Positions 54,270 through 64,000 of a stretch of 64,000 bases of DNA are shown here, piece by piece. Made by a program: the position numbers and the translations under genes. Numbering within the stretch: the first letter of the stretch is position 1; each line of letters starts with the position of its first letter. Origin of the DNA: Octopus bimaculoides (lineage: Eukaryota); contig NC_068993.1 in assembly GCF_001194135.2 (NCBI RefSeq), forward strand, positions 64,735,818 through 64,799,817, given 5' to 3'. The notes beneath the pieces were generated by a model. That model was not told the origin of the DNA and did not search any database. It saw only the letters and a list, made by a program, of their open reading frames with translations.

Positions 54270-54422
54270 GTGGAAATGTGAACTCGCCAAGTCTCGACAG
54301 ATGGTGTGGTGTGAAGCATCCTTCATTTATTAGTACCGGTCAAAAACTCATGGTTCAATTCGAGACAGATGATTCTTATGATTACAAAGGATTTAAAATG
54401 CGCTACATAGCGAGAGATGTGT
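54270..54422 (+). CDS. CUB2 exon C (153 nt, phase 1 to 1): GNVNSPSLDRWCGVKHPSFISTGQKLMVQFETDDSYDYKGFKMRYIARDV
   Basis: Acceptor tttttgtctcactcaacag, donor T|gtaagt; WCG, STG..L.V.F.TD...KGF..Y motifs. Confidence 0.95.
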
Positions 54423-55739
54423 GTAAGTAGAACACTTGCATATTTGTGTGTGTGTGTGTGTGTGTGCGCGCCTCGATGTGTGTACCACCGTGTGTGCACG
54501 TGTGTGTGCGTGTGTGTGTGAGTATTCCAGATACTCAGTATTTTCCAATTAACTGAAAATTTCTCTCTTGCGTTCCATATTGACGCCGGTTACCAAGAAG
54601 CAATATTGTATAGTGGAGAATACTTTGTTGGAAACATTATTATTATTATCATTATTATTACTACTACTACTACTACTACAACTAGTAGTAGTAGTATATT
54701 TTGCTATTGTTTTGTGAAAAAAATTGTTAATGTTGGTCATAGCGTTGACGGTGACGACTGTGGATTTGCTACGTAATCTCGTTGATATCTTTGTTAATGA
54801 CGATAAGTAATTTTACGTGGTTGCTTAATACCCACATCACCCTGATCGTGCAGATCTATACCAAAAGCCCGCCAATCATTACTGTATCGACCAATGCGTC
54901 CTTTTATTTGGATTCTGCTTTAATTGTTAAGATGTTGTGGTGTGCTGTTTCGAATCATGTGTTATTACACACGGTCTATAATATTCTTCTCCTGCATCAG
55001 CAGCGACAAAAATTGGTTTAGCTTTACTCAACAGCGCTTTCTCTTCTGATATGGGAAGAAATCCTCGTAGGTATTCGAAACATAATATGGAGACGATTGT
55101 GTTTGGTATTACCTTGTCCTGAATCAACATTAAAAATTTATTAATATAACCGATTTGCTTTTTGATTCTTCTGCCCAAGGAAATGTTATTTATTTATAAA
55201 TATCTATTTAATGGGCGTCGACAGTCGAGTGACCTGTCAAGTGGCTCATGCCATAGTAACAAATATTGTTTCTCGAAACGATCACGTGGTTATACGCAAT
55301 TGACAATAAATGCACTCCATAAAAAAAATATACCAATAAACGATAGCTTAAAATTGAGATATTAATTTATGGCAACATGAATAATAAATATTTTTTTAAA
55401 TGTTATTTTCTCTGCTTTCGTTTTTTTTTCTTGCCGTTTATATTGAAATTTATTCCAATATTTAATGTTTTCGTTGTATTTTGTTTCATAATATTAAATT
55501 ATTGTCTTTATATAAACATATTTGTTTATCAATTTTTTTAACGTTTCATTTACTTGTACGTTGATTTGTTTAGAAAAGAATATTTTTTAAAAAGCTGTTC
55601 ATGAAAATATTTTTAACATTGCACTTTTTATGATATGTCTTATTTGAACCAGCGTCCTTAAACGTCTCTTATATTTACTTTTCACAAAATCAAGACCATT
55701 AATTCAGAAACTATAACATATCAAGTTTAAATCAAATAA

Positions 55740-56400
55740 AGTTCATCAAATAATGCTGTATGGTGATATTTGTTTGCTTGTCATGGTTAGTTATTGGGTT
55801 TATTCTAATGAGAAACAAAGATGTAATAACAAGTTCAACAGTTATGTTATTTCCCCATGTTTCAATGAGGCTTTTTGTGGTAGTCTTCATTCACTATTTT
55901 CTTTCCAACAATAATTTTTCAATAGATACTTCTTATTTCCATTCCTTTTATTGTGTTTTGAATCATACTAATTCTGGATTTGGAAATAGATGGGGGACTC
56001 CATATACAGTAACTTAACAATAAAGCTACCTCTCATAAGAATGAGCTGTGGTCCTGTTCAAAATTGCTCTATTCAGCGATTGATTGGAGATTTTGTTGAT
56101 GAATGTGTCAATGATTCTGATTACTGCAGGAGTGGTTGGAGTTCCTATGGATATAAACAGACTTTTCGTCAAGTTTTCTGTAAGAATATATGTCTGTCTT
56201 GAGGTTTGGAGTTACATTCAAGAAATTGACCTTCATTACACTAATCATAACTGTTCTAATCAGTAAAAATTCTTTGAAGATGTTTGTTATCATTGAAGGT
56301 GTGATCGTTGGTATTGCTTGATATTGCTAAACCAGCGTTCCTGAACAGAACTACACGGTTGTTGGGGTTATGTTTATTAAGGTTAAAAAGGTTGGGTCGG
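55740..56400 (-). mobile_element. Penelope-like RT fragment
   Basis: LFRNAGLAI (decayed YRDD motif), KVNFLNVTPNL, YRK..YIHRNSNH, matching the PLE VNFLDVT..YRKP..SNHP pattern; downstream limit approximate. Confidence 0.7.
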
Positions 56401-56759
56401 TGACTTTAAATTCTCATTACACCGCTGATTTGTATCAACTTTTCTTCATAGGTCGCGGTCTCTTTGTTTTGAATCAGAAATACTCAAACTGGAATATACA
56501 CATATATTCTTTTTACAGCATTCCTCTGCGGCCCTGGAAAATACTTGAAAGCGGAACTAGAAGAAAGAAAATACCTAGTTTCACCAAATTTAATATCTCC
56601 CCTTTACAGGTAAAGTATGCATCACTTATATTTTGTGTTTCTTCATACATTACATTTAAGTTTTTGTTTCTGTTTCTTTTATCACAATTTTCTGGATTTG
56701 TTCCTGCGAAATCTGTTAGTGTTTTTACCCTTGAAATGTTTGAGTGTATATTCTTCTAT

Positions 56760-57870
56760 ACCAATGACCCTCAACTCCTTCTGACAAATATTCCGCCATG
56801 TTTCTTCTTTCACTTTTGATGCATTCCCGTACGCTAATCAGCCCACGTCTGCCTTTATACCTCTTCATGTACAGCCTGTGTACGTTCGCCTTAGGGCGGA
56901 GAGCACCATGTATTGTATTTGTCTTTCGGGCAGTGCGATCGAGTTAGTTAATCTCCGTTCGTGTCCATTTCAGAGTGGTGGGGTACTATAACGGACTACA
57001 GTAACAGCCCATATGTTGATGGCAGTTACAAGGTTCCTTGAGCTGAGCTTAGATTTCAAGAGAAGTTTGAGGGCTTCAAACATGCAGTGATGACCTTGTC
57101 TTTCATTTCTCCGTGCAAGATATTGTCCAACTCCAGAATCCCACGGTACTTGTACCCATCATCATCCGGGTCTTCCACTCACTCCCATTTGGCAATTCTA
57201 TGCGCCTACAATCTGCTCTTTTCCCCCGTTTCAAAGTGAGCACCGCACACTTCGAGATACCGAATTCCATCCCTATATCCTTGTTGTACATCTGCACAGT
57301 CTCAGCCAGCCTCTCTATTTCAGCTTCTAATTTTTGCGAACAGTTTTAAATCATCCATGAAGAGAAGGTGATTGAGATGAGGTCCATTCTTTTTCAGCTC
57401 ATAGTGCACAGTGACTTTGGGTGGAACTATAGAAAGTGGGATCAAGGCTATAACAAATAACAAAGGTGAACCAGAGTCTTCCTGGCAGATACCTCTTTTA
57501 AATGTTACCTCGGCCAAGTGCTGGTTGTTACAGAAAAGACGTGTTTTCCAACTAGTCATGCACACACATTCTCAGAAACATGCCAAGTGTTTCCAAAATC
57601 CACGAATGCAGCAACATATCCTAAGTCCTTGTAAACTCTATCCAGACCATGGATTTTTTTGGTACCGTTTGCAGTTCTTCATTACAACCTTGTCTATCAC
57701 AAGGTGGTCCTTGATGCCCTTCGATCCTTTTCGGCATCCCTTTTGTTCTATTGGAAGTAGATTCTCTCCGCAAGGAACGTATATATTTTCCCTGCATAGA
57801 TGTCTGTTAACACTTTCCATAAGAGGTTAAGAAAGCAATGGGTCGGTAATTACCAACCTCATTGCCCTCT
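56760..57870 (-). mobile_element. R4/Dong-like LINE RT fragment (copy 2 of a fused pair)
   Basis: GNYRPIA, EQKGCRKGSKGIKDHLVID, KRGICQEDSGSPLLFV, NHLLFMDDLKLF, DIGMEFGISKC, AINIWAV, HRLYMKR..GLISV. Confidence 0.88.
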
Positions 57871-58424
57871 GACCGCCGAATATTTGCAACCTTCACGAGA
57901 TTCTGACCATTTAGCTTTGACTTCATTAACTTATCCACCCTTCTGATGTACTCCTTCTCAGTTCTCATTTTCATTTCTATAGTTAGTACTCTGTCGGATT
58001 CTAACACCCCTAAGATACTTATAACTCTCTCCTTCTTTCAGTGATTTTAATATCTGGTAATCGGATGCCTTCACAGATGACTACTTGTCCCTTATTCATG
58101 ACTAATAGTGCACACTTAATTATGCTAAATTCCATGCCTATATCTTTTCTGGGGAGTTTTGCAGTTTGTATTAAGGAATCTATTTCGTTTTTTGTTCTCA
58201 TGGAAAAGGTTCAGATCATCCATTGAGAACAAATGGTTAATTTTACCTTTACAATCTCTGAACAGATACCCTGCCGTTGCATTCCTTAATACTAAACTAA
58301 GGTGGATTAAGCATAAGACAAATATTAAAGGGGATAACGAGTTTCCTCGGAAAATTCTTCTCTTGATATTAACATTCCTTAAGGATGTGTCACCTGTGTA
58401 GAAATATAGTTTCCATTTCTTCAT
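57871..58424 (-). mobile_element. R4/Dong-like LINE RT fragment (copy 1 of a fused pair)
   Basis: IKRRIFRGNSLSPLIFV, NHLFSMDDLNLF, DIGMEFSIIKC, KSKLNGQNLVK; boundary with copy 2 is approximate. Confidence 0.85.
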
Positions 58425-58440
58425 AGTACAGTTAATTCTC

Positions 58441-58752
58441 GTGTCGTCTGCAATATTGAATATACTCAGTCACTTATCAATGAGTGTGGAATCATGTCAG
58501 AGGTTCCAGGTGCTACAGACACCTGATGACTTATCAAAAAACCTGAATCACTTCAGGTTTGAATATTATGATCAAATAGGAGTGGTTGCAGAAGGAAGAA
58601 AGCCAAAGTGTTACATATGTGCAAAAATATATCACTCGGAGGCTTTCTGCTTCGTGGGAGAGACAAGAGCACAGGCCAAAAGGCAACTGGCGTTCTCGCC
58701 AGCCATTACTAGGAAGATTTTCCTCTCCATCTGTTACAATGTGTGTTTCTAA
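58441..58752 (+). mobile_element. L1/Tx1-like ORF1 (gag-like) zinc-knuckle fragment
   Basis: VVAEGRKPKCYICAKIYHSEAFC contains CX2CX4HX4C. Confidence 0.65.
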
Positions 58753-59063
58753 ATAGAATACGTCCGTAAGAGATGTTATTTCTGGACGGATACCGCAGTA
58801 AATTTGCTTTCCAACGATGCATTTGCATTAAGTATGATGTATAGAAGGATGTGTGTGTGTGTGTGAGTGTATCCTTTTCATGTTTCTACGCATAGACACA
58901 CTAATGTCTTTCTCAAAATACTCTAGTAAGCAAGATTTTGAAAGAACCATAGTATCAAATTTGTTAATAGAAATTAATGGGATGTTAACAACTGTCACTG
59001 ACAAATATATCTCGTAATGTATATATTTATATACATACATACATATGTTTTTGTGTGGATGTT

Positions 59064-59109
<46 letters not shown>

Positions 59110-59647
59110 CGTGTGTATGTTTATGTTTATATGTGTGTGTGCGTTTGTGTGTATACATATGCACTTATAATTAGGTATTTAGATATTTATTGAAATACAA
59201 ATTGACATAAAAAAATATAATCGTTCTTCTGCGAAATGTAAAGATTCGAGACTAAGAAGTGGAGAAATGGAAAGTGAAAGCTTTGTTGAACAACTGTGTA
59301 AGTCGGCTGGTGGTGAAAAAGAATGTGTGAATGGATGAAATAAATTTTATGTGCAAGAAATCAACGCAACAAAAGAAATTCTTCAATCGTCCCCTGGTCT
59401 ATAATATTACTGAAGGGATGTATAGATTATATTTACTCTTTGCAGCTAAAATGCTGCACGCAAACAACAGCTAAGAGGCCATTGTTGTATGGCTCTAATA
59501 AATGCTTTCAAAACTAAGATATTTTATTCAGAATATTTTGTTGCTGTCTTCTCTTTAGTTATCTAAACATTTCTAATGTTCATAAATCTTAATTACACTT
59601 GTAACAAGTAAATAACATATCCCCCCTCTTTCTCTCTCTTTATAAAG

Positions 59648-59686
<39 letters not shown>

Positions 59687-60487
59687 TAAGCTTGTGTGTA
59701 TGTGTGTGTGTCATTAGCTGATGAAAAACAACAGGATGTATGCGTAAAGTGCATGATTTTAACCAGAAAGCTAAAAAAAAAAAGAAACTTTACATAATCA
59801 TCACTTTCTTCTCCCCCGCCTGTTTTCCCTCTTTCTTCTTCCTATTAATATTATTATTGCTTTTGCTCTTGTTCTTATACTTACATATCTGTTTCTCATT
59901 GTTTCCAAAATAAACCAAGGAGAAGAAAATGTTTCTTGCAGACAATAGCTACTTAATGTTAGTTACCACGTAAATGCTAAAGTAATAAGCTGATTGCCTT
60001 CCAGACATTCAACAGAAAACTCCCAACACATCGTATTTGATGAATCGATGCAGTATTACTTTATAGACACGAATTAGCTTATTTTGTGAATATTTTATTT
60101 ACGTTCTAATGATCACCGCAACTCACACAAACACACACAAACACACACAAAAAGGCGCTTACGATAACGTGCAGACATATTACAAGGCTAAAACACCAAC
60201 ACAAACGCCTCAAAATATACGCACACACACACACACAAACACAGATAGTTAAATAATCATTTAATATCAATAAGTTCTTTTATTTTGTAAAATGGTAAAC
60301 TTAAATGATACTCACATATATATGCAAACATGCACAAATATATATATATGTGTGTGCGTGTATGTGTGTGTATGAATGTATGTATGCNNNNNNNNNNNNN
60401 NNNNNNNNNNNNNNNNNNNNNNNNNNNNNNNNNNNNNNNNNNNNNNNNNNNNNNNNNNNNNNNNNNNNNNNNNNNNNNNNNNNNNNN

Positions 60488-60775
60488 AGTGGATTTGGTA
60501 GACGGAAACTGAAAGATGCCCGTCGTATATATGTATACATATATATGTATGTGTGTATGTATGTATGTGTGTGTTTGTCCCCCGCAACATCGCTTGACAA
60601 CTGATGCTGGTGTGTTTATGTCCCCGTAACTTAGCGGTTCGGCAAAAGAGATCGATAGAATAAGTACTAGGCTTCTAAAGAATAAGTCCTGGGGTCGATT
60701 TGTTCGACTAAAAGGCGATGCTCCAGCATGGCCACAGTCAAAAGACTGAAACAAGTAAAAGAGTAAAAGAGTAAA
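60488..60775 (+). mobile_element. Third SINE family copy (5' part lost in N gap)
   Basis: AGTGGATTTGGTAGACGGAAACTG..TAACTTAGCGGTTCGGCAAAAGAG..CCAGCATGGCCACAGTC..AAACAAGTAAAAGAGTAAAAGAG; a minus-strand tail of this family is at ~53610-53715. Confidence 0.78.
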
Positions 60776-61119
60776 CAAACTTTTCCTTTCATAGTATCTG
60801 TATGAATGAATAAATGAGTGAATGAATGAATGAATGAAAGCCTTCATAAGCTGCAAAAATACGTTCACTTCGTTGTGACTTAACACCCTCTGCTCTACCA
60901 TGAAAAGGATAGGTGTAAATGAAAAGGTGTAAAGTTGTTGTCATGTTTAGTAATCTCTACAAATAACATGCAACCGTCAGGGTGAAAGAACACAGAATAG
61001 TTTTATGACAAATAAGGTTGTCTTATCTCAGTCATTTGCTTCAGCATCTACTGTGAAGATGCAATGAGAGTCAGTGTTTGATTAGTTATTATGCTTTTTT
61101 TAAATTTTGGTGATGCGGA

Positions 61120-61833
61120 TTGCAAATCCCGAGTTGACATCTGCTCTTCTCTCCATTCTCGTGAACTCATTTCACCCTTTTTGGATAGACTAGTGACTGG
61201 TGATGAAAAATGGATCTTCTATCGAAATGTTAAAAATCGTAAACAGTGACTTGGTAAAAGGGAAAAAGCTCAACCCCAACCGAGAAGGAAACTTCATGGG
61301 AAAAAGTTTCTTCTCTCTATCTGGTGGGATTGCAAAGGAGTAATTCACTTTGAATTGTTACCACCTAATGCAACAATCAATGCTAAAATCTTCTATTAGC
61401 AATTAGAGCGTTTGAACCAAGCATTGAAGAAAAAAAAACCCGCTAGTGAATCGAAAAGAAGTGGTGTTTCATCAGGACAATGCGCGACCCCACACTGCAA
61501 AGATCGAAGAGCTTGGCTGGGAAAAAATTCCTCATCCACTTTATTCTCCCGACTTTGCTCCTTCAGACTACCATTTGTTTCGTAGTTTACAGAATCATTT
61601 GGGGCCATAACTTTCACAAGCCAGGAGGAGGTCGAAACTGACATTTCAGAGTTCTTTGCTTTGAAACCAAAAGAGTTTTACATTGATGGGATTAAAAAGC
61701 TTGTAAATAGATGGAAGGAAGTCATAGATAATCAGGGAAAGTACATTGATGATTAAATTTTAATTAAATATAACATTTGATCACTTGTTTTCTTGGTTCA
61801 AAATTCGGACAGAACTTATGGGATGACCTGATA
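61120..61833 (+). mobile_element. 5'-truncated mariner transposon relic with right TIR
   Basis: Reads RLVTGDEKWI, FHQDNARPHTA, PHPLYSPDFAPSDYHLFRSLQNHL (mariner DD34D-type motifs) with stops and frameshifts; ends AACTTATGGGATGACCTGA+TA, similar to the TIR ending at 937. Confidence 0.93.
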
Positions 61834-61844
61834 TATGTTTATGT

Positions 61845-61845
<1 letters not shown>

Positions 61846-61909
<64 letters not shown>

Positions 61910-62197
61910 TAATTATATATATATGTGTGTGTGTGTGTGTATATGCATACATATATATACATACATATAAATATATACAATATATATATACATATATACA
62001 TACATATATATACATATATATATATATACATACATATATATATATATACATAGATATATATATACATACATATATATATACATACATACATATATATACA
62101 TACATACATATATNNNNNNNNNNATATATATACATAGATATATATATACATACATATATATATACATACATACATATATATACATACATACATATAT

Positions 62198-62244
<47 letters not shown>
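61846..62244. repeat. Compound (TA)n/(TACA)n microsatellite; one example of dozens of (TA)n, (CA)n, (GA)n, (AGAT)n and (AAT)n tracts
   Basis: Read directly; such tracts flank nearly all N gaps. Confidence 0.95.
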
Positions 62245-62246
<2 letters not shown>

Positions 62247-62789
62247 GTATATACTGCCTTCAGATTGGTTTCTATTGTGACCTTGAGACCAAAAGAATTC
62301 CGAGTATGTGTTAGATTTTTCGAAAGCTTATCAAGTGCGTGGCCATTCGTCCTTCATTTTGCCGAACTTAATACAGAAAAGTACAGAGAAAATTACCAAA
62401 GCATTTTCCGTTTTAGAAAATTAATATTGAATTGGATGACATCTAATATAGGCTTTAAATATCTCGACATACCACAATTGAATCTTAATGAATGAATAGA
62501 GATTCTGGTTTACCCCACTAGCACACTGGGAGAATAATTTGATAGAAATGGTTAATATGGAAGTAGAAATGGAGATAGGTAATTGTTCATGTCTGAAAGA
62601 AAATTGCAAACAGGGTTTATTGAAAGTGGTGGAAATTGCCATATAAACTGAAAATATATGAAGAGATATTTAGTGAAAGTGAAGTAGAAGCAGTCATTAA
62701 ATAAAACATTTTCAAACATGAAAACAACACAAGGAATAATAGGGAAATTTTTTTAAAACAATGGTTTTAAATGATTGCACAAAGCTAGT

Positions 62790-62960
62790 AATTTTAAAGG
62801 AGGGGTTAAGTCATGTACATCGACCTCAGTGTCCAACTGGTATTTATTTAATCAACCTTGGTAGGATGAAAGGCAAAGATGACCTCGGTGGAATTTAAAA
62901 TCAGATCGTAAAGAGACGGAATAAATGCCGCTAAGCATTTTGTCTGAACAACTAATGATT
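62790..62960 (-). mobile_element. tRNA-derived SINE (same family)
   Basis: CTGGTA..GGATGAAAGGCAAAG..GACCTCGG..GGAATTT..CCGCTAAGCATTT. Confidence 0.78.
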
Positions 62961-63341
62961 CTGCAAACTCTCTGCATTGAAAAATAAGAAATAAAAAAAA
63001 GTACAAAAGAAATTTAAAATTATTGATGAAAATATGTCTGGCGACATTAAGGCTAGTAAAAGTCTAGATTTCATTGAATTCTATACAAATTTTAACTGGA
63101 GTTTATATGAAAAAGAGAGTAATGTTTTTACTGAATAATGTAAAAATTGGACTCGCTTTACAAATACTGAGTGATCTTTCTTTTGTCTAATAGCTCATGG
63201 TAAACCATTTCCTAACTATCATATCTCTCACTCACACCATTCTTTCTCTCTACCTCTCTCTCTCTCTTTCCCTCTTTCTTTCTCTCTCTATTTCATTGTA
63301 TATATGTGTGCATATATATATATATGTATATATATGTGCGC

Positions 63342-63410
<69 letters not shown>

Positions 63411-63452
63411 TATATGTATATGTACATATGTATGTGTATATATATATGTGTG

Positions 63453-63488
<36 letters not shown>

Positions 63489-64000
63489 GGCGTATGTATG
63501 TATATGTGTGTGTAAAATTTATATACGAGTGTATGTATACATGTACATATTTAAGAGTATGTGTCTATGTGTTATATGCAAATAAATATAGATATATACA
63601 TATAAGCAAACATGCAAATACATTACAAAAATGTCCGTAAATTAGAATAAAAAGCTTGCTCTAAAGAGAACTTGAGCAATGATACTTTATATTGTCGTAT
63701 ATTGCAGATTATAACATACAAAGGGTCAGAAGATTACTGGCGAGTTCACGTTATACACACACACATACACATACACACTTACAAACATACAAAAATTAAG
63801 GAAATCTAGAACTCCGGGGAATAGCTATGAAAACAGCTTAGAAATTTGAGTAAAGGTACCCTCATAAGACAGAAATGGTGACCAGCAAGCTGCTACAGAT
63901 AATGGAACTCTATACATCGTTCAATTCTCTGTAGCGGATTGCTCGTCATTTTTTCCCCGTCTTATAAGAGTATTTTTTTTTATTTTTACCTGACCTTCTA

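Larger units (their letters stand above)
20958..54422 (+). other. Partial multi-exon gene encoding at least two tandem CUB domains (extracellular CUB-domain protein; exact family not assignable)
   Basis: Six GT-AG exons join in frame to xVNCSGVTKLTAYPSIQYLTTPNYPHFYASNLSCSWLINSGSRSGKLYLDVRDSDIEYSIGCMKDYAELYLGTDRKADIFSRWCGGTRRKFYTYHASLFIHFHSDASLTGRGFQLSYYMGSPSAACRDKTLLVANRHGWKEFNSPFYPTVYEGNLSCWWILTAANEFDIVELQVLDFEVEDSPGCVYDSVKVYDGGNVNSPSLDRWCGVKHPSFISTGQKLMVQFETDDSYDYKGFKMRYIARDV. Each domain has 4 Cys and the (S/T)PxYP, CxW, WCG and Fx(S/T)D...GF motifs. Introns are 3751, 4420, 8880, 14559 and 1120 nt. Confidence 0.92.

Noticed and set aside
53200-54530. (TG)n tracts just downstream of CUB2 exons as splicing regulators
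   Set aside because: (TG)n tracts occur throughout the window, so proximity is expected by chance
59446-59505. Possible terminal exon (ttgcag, then SKMLHANNS-stop, AATAAA nearby)
   Set aside because: Such AG/stop/AATAAA combinations are common by chance in AT-rich DNA; no independent support
185-61833. Two related mariner ends bracketing the window as a composite transposon
   Set aside because: Both are right ends in the same orientation and differ in sequence; no matching left end
1113-63640. Most ORFs in the track (YIYI, THTH, CVCV, RERE, poly-X)
   Set aside because: They are translations of dinucleotide microsatellites and N gaps, not genes
63965-64000. Pyrimidine tract ending TTCTA at the window edge, perhaps the next acceptor
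   Set aside because: The decisive bases lie outside the window

Overview
AT-rich, microsatellite-saturated animal DNA with many N gaps. The SINE, LINE and microsatellite make-up points to a cephalopod, probably Octopus (inference). I reconstructed one partial protein-coding gene on the + strand from splice signals: six GT-AG exons (20958-21045, 24797-24921, 29342-29491, 38372-38465, 53025-53149, 54270-54422). They splice in frame (735 nt, 244 full codons) into two tandem CUB domains, each built from three exons with the same phase pattern. Its first and last exons were not found. The rest is intronic/intergenic sequence filled with decayed mobile elements: three mariners, RTE, CR1-like, R4/Dong-like, L1/Tx1-like and Penelope-like fragments, several tRNA-derived SINE families and a hAT-like MITE. 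Most ORFs in the supplied track are microsatellite or N-gap artefacts. The most unusual signals are three hammerhead-ribozyme-like motifs (the best lies in a ~360-bp hairpin-forming insert nested in a mariner), a duplicated CRE+CCAAT cassette in an intron, and the CUB exon layout that allows in-frame hybrid domains.
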